Assembly: GCA_002269645.1 (NCBI GenBank)
Contig: NIVC01000992.1
Location: 386,758 to 450,757 of the forward strand
Direction of reading: 5' to 3'
DNA length: 64,000 bases
Source: Macrostomum lignano
Taxonomy: Eukaryota
Shown here: piece by piece, positions 49,032 to 60,363 of the stretch
Position numbering within the stretch: the stretch's first letter is position 1
Layout of the letters: each line of letters starts with the position of its first letter
Made by a program: the position numbers and the translations under genes
The notes under the pieces: generated by a model
Databases searched by the model: none
Seen by the model: the letters and a program-made list of their open reading frames with translations, nothing else
Told to the model about the DNA's origin: nothing

Positions 49032-49666
49032 TCTATCTATCTATCTATATCTATATATAGCTATCTATCTGGGGGATGCTTGCTATCTGGGGGATGCTTG
49101 CTATTTGGGGGATGCTTGCTATCTGGGGGATGCTTGCTATTTGGGGGATGCTATCTATCTGCGGGATGCTTGCTATCTGGGAGGATGCTTGCTATTTGGG
49201 GGATGCTTGCTATCTGGGGGATGCTTGCTATCTGGGGGATGCTATCTATCTGGGGGATGCTATCTATCTGGGGGATGCTATCTATCTGGGGGATGCTATC
49301 TATCTGGGGGATGCTTGCTATCTGGGGGATGCTTGCTATCTGGGGGATGCTTGCTATCTGGGGGATGCTTGCTATCTGGGGGGATGCTTGCTATCTGGGG
49401 GATGCTTGCTATCTGGGGGATGCTTGCTATCTGGGGGATGCTTGCTATCTGGGGGATGCTTGCTATCCGGGGGATGCTTGCAATCTGGGGGATGCTTGCT
49501 ATCTGGGGGATGCTTGCTGTCTTGGGATGATTTCTTTTTGCATTGCACTTCATTTAAGTATTTTGTCTGTTTTCTTTGTGAATGCTTGATTTGGCTATCT
49601 TTTTGTTACTTGTAGAGAGCAGAGATTCTATACAGATGTCCCCCAACGGGGGGCGAAGATTGCTAG
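49032..49666 (+). mobile_element. Non-autonomous Helitron-like element carrying an 18-bp minisatellite
   Basis: 5' A|TCTAT(C/A)T.. (49032 or 49044); 3' hairpin GTCCCCC-AAC-GGGGGGC (49638-49654), then 8 nt and CTAG|T; no TSD. Confidence 0.65.
49068..49520. repeat. 18-bp minisatellite (CTGGGGGATGCTTGCTAT)n
   Basis: Directly visible; explains the LGDACY/GGCLLS/MLAIWG periodic ORFs. Confidence 0.96.
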
Positions 49667-51037
49667 TCAATACTAAAATGGGTCTGAACCAGCGACACTA
49701 GAATAACTGGATGGGCCACTAAGAACATTTGCGTGTAAAGTACTTTCAGTTCAGTAGTACATGTAAGTTAAAAAAGCATTTTTAATGTATTGATAAAGCC
49801 AAGGCGCTTTTCTTGGCTCTTAACCCCAGCTTAAATAACCCAATCGCCTTTCCACACTACCCCCGTCCCAATTTTTATTGCCCTTCTCGGAATTCCAGCC
49901 TAAAGCTGCCATGTACATTTCATTGGACTGGCTAATGTACATTATTGCTAAACCAATTAGCAAGTTGTTTACGTCTGCAAGCTTGGGCTTCTAAACTTAT
50001 CAAAATCACTTCAGCTGCCTTTATTTTTATAAAATAGCTTATGTATTCTTCTTTGCTACTGAACTGAAAGTAGAAAGTTGTTTTACTAAGTATATATGCC
50101 TGAGTGGCCTATCTACTGAATTCAGTATCTGTAGTCTGAACCGACTTTACTGCATAAGTATTGTAAAAATGTCTAATAAACTGTACTTGTTGTCCACGGA
50201 CCTGTAGTAACGTCTAATGATTTGTAGTAGTGTCTACTAATGATCTTTGTGTCTAATTGATACGTATTTTCAGCCTTCATTATCGCCTAAATATTTGCTA
50301 CGGTAGCTTATTTAACGCCTCTATGCGACGTATTTCTACAAATATAATGCTTGTATAGTTAAATTTTTCGAACATAGCTTTTAACATTGAGTAGTCGCTG
50401 TCCGAACAGCTGTCCCGAGAACCAAGCAGCTCCGAAAAACAACCAAGTGTCGTCAGAGTGCGTCAGCGTTGCTGTACTTGTTTGATATGGTATGGTTGTA
50501 GGAAGGGGAGCTTCTAATTTTGCTTAGTGCTGATTCAATAAATATGAAAAAATATGTGCTTTCTGTTCTCTGTGTACTACAAGAACGGAACTAAGCAATT
50601 ATATGTTACGAGCTAATTGACTTTGTCTCGGTACACTCGAAACTTTCTTTGTGTACGCGTATTGCATAAGTAATTTTATGCAATAAGTGAGAAACTCTGC
50701 AGACTGGAGAGCAATGACTGCCGTCACGATAAGTTCAATTCATTCAATTGCATTCAATTCAAAGTTTAGGCTTGAAACTCAGGCAGTGAAAAGTATTTGA
50801 ATCTGATACTGAATCTAAATCATAATCTGATTTTAAAGCAAATTTTGTAAGTCATTCCATCGCCGGAATTGCAAGATGTTGCGCCTAGTAGTAAACTGCA
50901 AGGTTTTATTGTGCTGGGATTGGAGGCAATTCTGTCCGAATAGGTATACGATTAAACAGAGTAGAATTAGTTAAAGTGAAGAAGCACATGGTCAAGGGTT
51001 TCATTAGTAACTTCGAGCATTCTCGGCTCATTCAGTC

Positions 51038-51901
51038 CTAAGCTAGTCTGGGTCCGGCTCGTTTTCCACGCACTGCATCCAGCCTCCTCTTGGTCCACTC
51101 GTCCGCCTGGTTGAGTCTGCCGAACTGTCGGATCGCCGCATCGACAGTGGCAGAGTCGCAGGCCTCGTCCAGACTCTTTACCAGAGTGCACTCATCGGAG
51201 CCGGTCAGCGAAGGGCACCGCTTCTCCATCTCGTCCATGCGGAGCTCGAGGCCGGCCGCAAGTCGGCACAGGCAGGCGCGAAACGCGTAGGTCTTGGCAC
51301 CGAGGGCGAGAAACTCGTGCTTCCAAGCCAGCTCAACAAGCTTGTCGTAGATCTCGGCCGCTTCTACCAGGTCACCAGAGTCGGCCAACAGTTCGGCCAT
51401 CTGGGCGAAACAGTCGGCCTCGTTGGCCGGACCTCCTTCGCTGTTGAAGTAGGTGGCAGCCTTTTCCAAGTGTTGGACAGCCAGTCTGGTGGCAGACATT
51501 GATCTAGAGGACTGACCAAACTGTCCAAACCGACTCTTACTCTTCATATCCAGAGCTCCTCCGATGCTCAGCCAGTTGTCGATGCGAGGCTTCTTGCGAT
51601 CCAGAGACAACGCAAGCTCAGCAATATTCTTGTGCAGCTCGGCCGAATATTGGAACTTGCCCTGCTCCGACTCGATGATGGCTGCGGCTTCCATAGCCAT
51701 GATGGCGTATCTTTCGTCGACCTTAATGTAGCAGTTGGCAGCGTCGCGCAGACAGTTGGCGACCTCCACCTCGTCCTTGCTTTTATAAAGCACCGCTGCT
51801 TCACAAAACTCGTCGCCGGCTTGGAGCCATTGTTGCTGCTGCTTCAGCTTGTTCGCTGATTGCACCAACTTCTCGGGACTTTTTGAGAACCAGCTTGCCA
51901 T
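51038..51901 (-). CDS. Divergent alpha-SNAP/Sec17-family protein, intronless CDS, 287 aa
   Basis: Colinear with alpha-SNAP from memory: WLQAGDEFCEAA, ANCLRDAANCYIKVD, EQGKFQYSAELHKNIAE, AVQHLEKAATYF, AKTYAFRACLC, CPSLTGSDECTLVKSL, ADEW. Splice acceptor TTTTCAG 2 nt before the ATG. Confidence 0.9.
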   Translation of the reverse strand: MASWFSKSPEKLVQSANKLKQQQQWLQAGDEFCEAAVLYKSKDEVEVANCLRDAANCYIKVDERYAIMAMEAAAIIESEQGKFQYSAELHKNIAELALSLDRKKPRIDNWLSIGGALDMKSKSRFGQFGQSSRSMSATRLAVQHLEKAATYFNSEGGPANEADCFAQMAELLADSGDLVEAAEIYDKLVELAWKHEFLALGAKTYAFRACLCRLAAGLELRMDEMEKRCPSLTGSDECTLVKSLDEACDSATVDAAIRQFGRLNQADEWTKRRLDAVRGKRAGPRLA

Positions 51902-52735
51902 GGCTGAAAACGAGTAAGACAGTCAATAAAAATTGGTGCGGGTTAAAAAATAACCATAATTTACATCAAGTGGCTGACTTCAATCTTATACGTATTGCTC
52001 ACCTTATGCTGCGACGAATAAACTGAAATTCAGAGTTAAAATCCCTCTCACAGGCAGAAGCGTCTGTGTAGACTTAAATGCGTCTATAAATTTTCACAGC
52101 AATATGAGCGTAATACACTCGATTTGCGCAGCAAGAAAAAAGATAAAATGCGTAGTTTCCCATGTGCACAATAATTTGTTCGAGAAGGAGAAGTTCGAGT
52201 GCTGCTTGCAAATCGATTGAGCATTTGTTATCGACGTTCCTTTTTTGCATTAAATTCGCAATGTAGCTACGACGTACACCATTTAATTCTGCATTTATAC
52301 ATTAGCCACTGAACTCGGCATTTAGCTTAAATTGCAGTTTGCCCTGTGCTTCTTCAGTTTTTGGCGTGATATTTGCCAGACAGAAGATACTATATACTAA
52401 ATTGTCATCGACAATAGTCGATATTGGAAAAGGTTAGTCAACGTACGTGCTTTTGTATACATCATCAATAAAGTAGAACTATACATATAAATGCATTATC
52501 GTAAGAGAGCTCATTGCTTCAGAGACCACATTAAATAAGTTAATTAATTTTGTTGTGACTTTCGTTCGAATAAGGTAAATAGCTACAGTATTTGCATTAT
52601 TTATTTACAGGTTAGAAGTGGAGAAAAAATTCAGTATTAAATATTGGAAGAAATAGTTCAGCAAAAACACTTTGAGACTATTACCGTCCTAATCGTACCT
52701 TTTTTACTTTTTACTAATTTTACTTTTCAGTGGAC

Positions 52736-53671
52736 ATGGCGACATCTAGAAACGACGACGAAAAGCTGGGTGATGACCTAGAAAGCATAGGAAAGACATT
52801 GAATGCCAGCGCTACCATCAACAAACTAGCATCAGAAATGGCTGGAGTAAAAGAGAGCCTTGAGAGTACTAGAAAAGAGTCCGAGAAAATTGAATTTCAA
52901 GGCCCCTATCTGCGACAGCTTTTGAGAGCCCTGGGCAAGAGCATCAATTGCGCCGATAACTTGTGTAAGTTTGCCGTAACAATGGGCGAAAAGCATGCCA
53001 CGTGCGTCAAAGCTTTTAAAGAGATGGCAGAAAACAAGACAATTACCAGTGAGGAAATCGACATGATGGAGACAAACTTTAATAAACTTCTTCAACTGTG
53101 TGAAGAATTCGAAAAAGAATTGAACAACTTCTTGGAAAGCATCGGCGAAGCTCGTGACCTTGCGGAGATGGCGTCGAACGAGGCTAAACGAGAAGAGGAG
53201 CGGTTGAAGCGTGAGGCGTCAGAGTTGGAGTCGCAGGCCAAGTGGAATAGCGCTGGCTTGTGGGCTAAAAGGATCTGTACCTTTGGCCTGATCACGTTAA
53301 GCTCGGATTTTCAAGCCGATGTGGCTGCAAATGATGCGAGGTACCAAGAGGCTCATCGACTGAAAACCCTGGCTGGGCGGTTTAAGAAAGCCCATCAGGA
53401 TCTGAACCAGGTAGTGGGTTCCATAGACAGGATCAAGGACCGCGTCGAAGGAGGTCCAATCAAACTGACCAAAGAGATGATCGATGTCATCAAACATGTA
53501 ATGCAAATGTATGCACACTGGACGCAGATGAAAAACAAAATTAATTTGCAGGACGTGCAGCTAGTAGAACGGCAGAATACAATTGACCAGCAGAAATCTG
53601 AACTTAACGAAAAGGACGACGAAATCGCGCGACTAAAGGCGCAAATTGCGGCTGCAGGCATAAAAAATTAA
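52736..53671 (+). CDS. All-helical coiled-coil protein with one short central hydrophobic segment, 311 aa, unknown family
   Basis: 936-nt single-exon ORF in non-repetitive sequence; splice acceptor TTTTCAG 5 nt before the ATG; heptad-rich E/K/L composition; GLWAKRICTFGLITL in the middle. Confidence 0.85.
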   Translation: MATSRNDDEKLGDDLESIGKTLNASATINKLASEMAGVKESLESTRKESEKIEFQGPYLRQLLRALGKSINCADNLCKFAVTMGEKHATCVKAFKEMAENKTITSEEIDMMETNFNKLLQLCEEFEKELNNFLESIGEARDLAEMASNEAKREEERLKREASELESQAKWNSAGLWAKRICTFGLITLSSDFQADVAANDARYQEAHRLKTLAGRFKKAHQDLNQVVGSIDRIKDRVEGGPIKLTKEMIDVIKHVMQMYAHWTQMKNKINLQDVQLVERQNTIDQQKSELNEKDDEIARLKAQIAAAGIKN

Positions 53672-54354
53672 GGATAAATTCGACTGACTTAAAAACAATT
53701 ATTATCTATTAACATTGACATAGATTTTTCCGTTTCTTATAATTAATATGCACGAATTACTCGTATATTTACTAAATTATTAGATACTTTCAGTCTTTTA
53801 TCGCGGTTATGTAGCTACCGTAATATCTGGCGGATTTTATTCCAAATTCTAAATTTTTCATTTCAATTTTACTTTAACTAAGAATATCTTTAGGTTTCTA
53901 CCCTTTTGAACCTTATAACAATTCTCTCACATATTACGGAACATTATTTGACGCTACTCAACCATGATTCTTTGACAGATAGGTTTTTTGTTTGTATAAT
54001 TTTAAGATAAAGAAGTCACTAAATAACTATACTGTACGTGTGCCCTTGGAGCACTCCATTACGCTTTTGTGTATGCAATAAATACAAAACTAAGCGGTCA
54101 CACATTCCATCCAAGCAAGTTCAGCGAATTTCTGGCGTGTTCTGGCGTGTTGATTACAATCAATGAATTCTTTTGCAATCAATCCAACAATCCAATCCAA
54201 ATCAATCACTCAGTGTTGAAGCTGGCGCCAGATGGTCTGAGAGAACGCGTGCGGTTAGTTTTTTCTCATCATTTTGGACATTCCATCAGATTTATGAGGT
54301 CAGGGTCTATTGTTCGTGTTTTCTCAAGCGTTTGACAGCTCTGACAGCTTTTGC

Positions 54355-54545
54355 GATAGAGACAACGCAAGCTCAGCAATTTTCTTGTGCAGCTCGGCCG
54401 AATATTATTGGAACTTGCCCTGCTCCGACTCGATGATCGCTGCGGCTTCCATAGCCATGATGGCGCATCTTTCGTCGACCTTAATGTAGCAGTTGGCAGC
54501 GTCGCGCAGACAGTTGGCGACCTCCACCTCGTCCTTGCTTTTGGA
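54355..54545 (-). pseudogene. Fragmentary duplicate of the alpha-SNAP paralog with a premature stop
   Basis: Near-identical to 51605-51785 (SKDEVEVANCLRDAANCYIKVDERCAIMAMEAAAIIESEQGKFQ); a 3-nt insertion creates TAA; homology ends at both sides. Confidence 0.88.
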
Positions 54546-55327
54546 AAGCGTACACAAATTGGGCACACAATCGTACATGTCCTGCATCTAAAAATAAAAA
54601 AATGGACGTCGATAAAGAGACATGTACATTTACATTACACCTACGTGTAAGCCGAAGCTATGACTTCGTTTTCAGACGTTGTAATATAAAGGCACATAAT
54701 TTTCATCGACGTTGGCAGACTTCGGGAACGTCGGCCAGGTCCCTGACTTCAGATTGCTGTGTATTGGTGTCCTTTTATACGCTTGTTGTTAAAATTAAAA
54801 GAGCCTCTGTAAATGAAACAAAAAGCAGAGTCGTCGGATCTCCCTGTGCAACGACCCCAGCACCACAGCTATATATCGTGTTGTCGTTACGGGATAACGA
54901 AATGAGAGGCGACGCCCCTCAGCTGCATCCGCAGCCAAAGTCGATCAAGTATACGCTCGTGCTTTATATATATAAGTCCTGAATTTTCGCTGCAATTTTA
55001 TTTGGCTACGGCTGTTACATTAATTTTTACAAGGAGTGCAAAATGGCATGGCTTTCAACGCAGCTATTAGTGTGTCAGCTGATGCAACTAAATTACTAAT
55101 GATAATGATGAGGACGCATTTTTTTCCAAATCCCGCGCTAGCACATGGGCTCTAAACTTACTAGCCTACTAACAGTGGGCAATGGGCATTTTTATCCTTT
55201 TTCTGCGAATTGTCATAGAATCTATACTAGATATTATGTTTGGTCATACTAGTAGTCATAATAACATAGGCGCAGCTTTTTGGGTCATAAATCATCGCTT
55301 TCGAAGCTGGTCTGACAGCCACCTGCG

Positions 55328-55472
55328 CCTCACTCAGTGTTGAGGCTGGCGCCAGATGGTCTGAGAGGATGCGGGCGGTAGCTTTTTTCTCATCATTTTG
55401 ACAGGCCATCAAGATTTATGAGGTCAGAGCCTATTGTTCGTGTTCACTCAAGCGTGTGACAGCTTTGACAGC
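55328..55472. repeat. ~145-bp direct duplicate of 54207..54350
   Basis: CACTCAGTGTTGA(A/G)GCTGGCGCCAGATGGTCTGAGAG..GATTTATGAGGTCAG..CTCAAGCGT.TGACAGCT at both sites. Confidence 0.85.
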
Positions 55473-55649
55473 TATGCGTTTTACCCCTAAAAGTACCTTG
55501 GGATTAGCGATTAGCAATTTCTCTTCATTATCTTCACTTTCTATTTAATAAGAGCTTTCTAATGTATATTTTTTCATTAATTTCTGTCAATTCTACGCGA
55601 AAAGTCATAAATCATTTTGTTGCGATTTTGAGTGATTTATGGCCGCACC

Positions 55650-57133
55650 TGTCATCTTTTTACGACCCTGTGGGAACTGATAGGATCTCCCGGTCACGTG
55701 ATTCTGGGTAGCAACAAGCTTAGCCAATCAGAAAATTCGGCGCTCATTTTAACAAAACGGCTCAGCCAATCAGAATCGACGTGTTCCATTATAACAAACT
55801 GCGGTCCAGTTGGCGGCTATTTAAACCGGTGTTTTTGGCCCGCTCGGACCTCAACCTGTTCCGACTCTGGCATGGTTCCTACTCCACCGACCAGGAATTG
55901 ACCGTCGTTTCTTGATCCATGGATTGCGACTTCCCCCCATCATCATCAAGGACGAATCCCCCCGGTCATCAGTAGTGAACATCAAAGTGAAGAGCATCAC
56001 CTGCTAGCTATCAGCGAAGATTGTGACATCAGCATCATCCCGGGCCTACAGCTGCGAAGCACTAAGCCGATTCGGTCACTGTGGATTACCTGGTCTCCGG
56101 CTGTTGAGTTTCTGATTGGTTGGGTGAGAGGCTGCCTAGACTTGCTTGATTGGGTGATTCCTTATCTGTCCCCTGTTGCAGTAGCTGAATTAGGCGCACA
56201 CTTTTGCTCGTTTTGTTCAGTAGTGCTGTAATCGAGGCAGAAGTCATTCAATAATACTGCTAGTAGTCTGAAGCTCCAATTCAATCTGAAGTGTGAAGTG
56301 ATTTAAGGAGAAGGTTAAATCTACCAGTTATTTTTATCGGTTTTTTTCTTTGTTCGCCGATGGCTCAGATGAGTAGCTAAGCTAGTAGGCGCCGGTCACA
56401 GTGGACCAATGGCAAGGCAGTTCTCAGTCGATCAATCTATCAAATCAGTTAGCGAATTTGCCAATAGTGCAGAAACGGCTCCAGAGATGTACTCTGTGCA
56501 CTCTAGGTTAGCCAAGCGGCTCGGGTGATGAATCATGCGGTCTCTGATGTTCGAGTTAGCCTATCATCAGCGCTAGGAGAGGCTGGTTGGCGCGTTGAAG
56601 GCCAAAAGTACAATTCTTCGTATTTAGCAATGTTATAGTCATGTAGCTACCCCATAGTCTCGCCACTGCAAGAATCCCCTGCACAAGTCCCAATCTGTAC
56701 CTGCATGGCCAATGCGATCTAGTCCCAGCAGTGTCCCTTATCATCGGCTATGACTTCGAGATTGACAGCAAAAAGACACTAGTTGGCAGGTAAGTGCAAA
56801 GCCCCTTCCTTCTAGTCGGAAGCCCAATTTTGAGAGTCCCGGTGTGGTGAGCCAGGACGCACGGGCTGGTGGCAGCAAGTTAGCTAATCTGCGGATTAAC
56901 TAATTTCTACCTTCAAAATTCTCCCTGCTTGTCTCTCGCTGTCCCTCTCTTAGCTATAGGACCTAGGCTGCTCGCCACACGACCAAGCTACCATGGGGCT
57001 GACCATCTGACAGGAGTGGGGGCCAGGACTCTAATTGATTTATTTCTGAGACCTGAGGCCCGAAGGCTTCCCCACAAGGGGGCCGAAAGGTCGAAACCCA
57101 TCAATAATACTTACGTGTGCAGGAGGGTCGACA
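55650..57133 (+). mobile_element. Possible solo LTR / retroelement terminal repeat
   Basis: TGTCA..CGACCC start and GGGTCGACA end; two AGCCAATCAGAA boxes (~55721, ~55764), a TATTTAAA near 55818 and AATAA near the end. No matching TSD found. Confidence 0.3.
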
Positions 57134-59422
57134 TGTAGTACCCCGTTGCTACGCCTTCAGCGAAATCGTCCCAGAACAACAGCTGAAGCGAAATACATAT
57201 ATTCTGCCCATTCCTCGATGACTCCTGAGCACTATATATGCTCGTACAATGTCATGTACATGTACAAGGGCAACAGATACTACTGTCAAACATTCCAACG
57301 TTTGGACGTCGGATTGCTACGGGGTATGTACAACGTGCTTGCTCTCATAAATGTATATAAACAGTGTGCAAGAGGCCCTGGCTTTATAATCGTCAGGCAT
57401 GTACATATGTGCACTCTGTGCTTAATGAAAGTTTGTCCGTGGGTTTGAATCGCATATGAATAGCCTCCCTTACCGACAAACTCACTCCTACATGATCTGC
57501 ATCATGAAATTTGCTTCAGAGCATGGGCATAAATTAAATTTAAGTATAAATTTACATGTTCATGTACGGGCGTCGCCACTGGGGGACAGGGGACATGTCC
57601 CCTACAGTAAAAGCTATGGGGAGACATGCCAATGCTTGTCCCGCACCTTGTGAAACGTTATGGAAATCATATAATTTTGCTATAGGAAGCCAAATGAGTG
57701 CCTATGGCGCCCAACTGCCATCTGTGCGTTCTAGTTAAGGTATAGAAACTAGAAACTTAGCTGTACGCACAGTAGTTTACACCCTCTAAAATATTTTGTT
57801 TTAAACTACAAAAACTTCGCAGAAAACCTGCGTCCTGATTTGAATTTGACAACATGGACATGATCAAAGTTAAGTTGATCAGTAATCCGCAGCAGCGCTG
57901 GCTGGCGGGTCATATTTGTTGTTGTACGTACGTCAACGTATAAAGACACACGTTACTACATTGACAATTGAAAAATTGCCAGGAATAGGGTTTACTACTA
58001 TCAGAATATTATTTTATAATACTCGTCCTTGACCTGAGTCTGACTGAAGTGAAAGTGAAAGTGAAAGTAGTGTAGTGTAGGCCTAGTGTAGCCAATCGCC
58101 AATGCCAATAGTAGTTGGCAACCTCGTTGTTGCTGTTTTTTGTTTCCTTAGTGGCTTAGTAGGCTAAGCTTTAGGCCATGCAGGGCCTATTATCCATTCT
58201 CACATGACATGATTTCTTCTTTATGTTGTACACAAACTTAATCTTTCTTGTGCATGTCATTAGTATGTAATGTAGGCCCCACCCTATGGTGGTTAAAGAT
58301 TCATTTTGTTAGTTAGGCCTATCTGACTATATGGTGCGCCGGCCTATATATTTTATGCCACTAGCTCTATAAGTTTTATAGTAGCTAGGCCTAGGCCTAT
58401 TTATCTTTTACTTTTAGGGGGCTATGGCTATGAAGGTTAGCACAACAAACAAGGCATAGGTTATACTTATGTTATAGGTAGGGCCTATAGGATAGGATAG
58501 AAAATCAAGTATGACTATAAAGTATAAGTATAGATAGATAGCTATATAGACCAAATTAAGAAAAAATGAAGAATAAGAAAGAAAGAAAAAATAAAAGAGG
58601 AAAAGGAGAGGTAAGGCTAGGCTGGGACCACAGTCAGGAAGGTGTCACGTGTGTGCGAGAATATATCTCAGTGTATTTTTGGAGTGTGTGCTGTGCGCAA
58701 AGCTAAAATATGAACTTGTGCGCCGAGGCCTTCATTTGTTTATTGACAAATACATAGGGCCTAGCTAGAGCACTAATGTGCAATAACAAAAAAACTTGGT
58801 AAAAGTCCGATTAAAACAATTAAATAAAAAAACAGATAAATTTTTGTACTTTCCAAAGTTTCCATAGGCTTTTTTTAACTCAAAACTTTGTGCTTTATTT
58901 TAGCTCACATAGAATTAGCTTAAACTTTAGAGTAAAATCCTATTTTGAATTTTGATTATTTGTTTCACTTACCAAGAAACAAATTTTTAATTAATATGCT
59001 TAAAAAACAATCTAAAAGCATATTTCATGTATTGCATATGCAAATTAGGTGACTCATTATAAGCTAAATTTTTTATCTACTTTTGCTATGCGCTACTGTG
59101 TGCTAAAAACTTCTACTTTGCGCACATTTTTGTTGATGTGCGCCAGAATTTTCTGCTATAATATACACCTTCCTGAGTGTGGGGCTAGGAGTATAATCCT
59201 AGGATCTTTCAATAAATGCCTAAATCCTATGATTCTAAATGCTAGGATCCCACTTATCCTAGATTAAAAATCCCTTGATTATCTGGATCCTGATCCTAGT
59301 TTGCAATAATTCAATCATTTATTCAAGTAATAAAATCAATAGCTAAAATACGCTAAGCCACTTGACAAATAAAAATTATAAACTTAGTTAGCCTATTTTG
59401 ATTTATTAATCTTTTTAACATA

Positions 59423-60363
59423 CAAAGGTTGTTCAGAAAGTCCGCAATCAAATGTGTCTAACAGTTTAACAGATTGAACAAATGTAGTGCTACTCTTCTT
59501 GCTTCTCAACGTAGGCACCCTTGAGGCTTATGCACTTGTGCCACCTCTCAGGCAATTTCTCGATGCCAGCAGCATAGAAATTGGCAAGTGACCCCCTGAC
59601 CCACTGGCTGATGGCCAATGCCAGGGTCTGTAGAGAGCTGTACTAGCAACCTCGGAAGGTTTTTTCATCTTTCCAAACAGCCAGAAGTCACTAGGTGCAA
59701 GGTCCAGCAAGTAAGGCAGGTGTGGCAGCACCTCGAAGCCCAGGTCCGAAATGGCAGCCATTGTTGCCTGGCTGGTATGTGGCCTGGCATTGTCGTGCTG
59801 AATCAGGATGCGACGGCTTAGCTTGCCACGCTGCTAGGCCTTGATGGCTTCACGCAACTTCTGCAGGACTTGGATGTAGTACTCACTGTTTATTGTGGCA
59901 CCACAAGGTAGCCATTCGATGAGCAGAATACCCTCATTGTCCCAGAAGATGGTGGCCATTTGCTTGCCAGCTGAAGGTGCAGTCAGGGCCTTGACAGGTG
60001 TGGGCTTATGGCTGGCCTTCCATACACTGCTCTGCATCTTGGACTCTGGCTCACTATAATGAAACCAGGATTCATCCCCAGTCACAATCCGGTCCAAAAA
60101 GTTGGGATCACTGCAATATGACTGGAGGAGCTGCCAACACACCTGGACCTGCTCTCGCTGCTGCTGGTCAATCAGAAGTTTTGGGACCCAACAAGCAATA
60201 ATGCATGACATACCAAGCTCAACTGTCAGGATTGAATGAATGGCCATTGATGAGATGCCAGTAATGGTTGACAACTCTCGCACTGTAGCTCGGCGGTCAA
60301 CATCCAGAGCACAACACACAAGCTCGATGTTTGACCTGTTAACCATGGTGGCAGGCCGGCCAC
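59423..60363 (-). mobile_element. Decayed mariner (DD34D) transposon, 5' part cut off by a hAT insertion
   Basis: GRP, WVPK, IVTGDESW, HDNARPH-(34 aa)-DLAPSDF, LPERWHKC..GAYVE with stops and a frameshift; terminal TA|CAAAGGTTGTTCAGAAAGT TIR-like end. Confidence 0.92.

Noticed and set aside
57045-57100. Hammerhead ribozyme
   Set aside because: GAAA motifs and stems are present, but there is no intact CUGANGA core on either strand.
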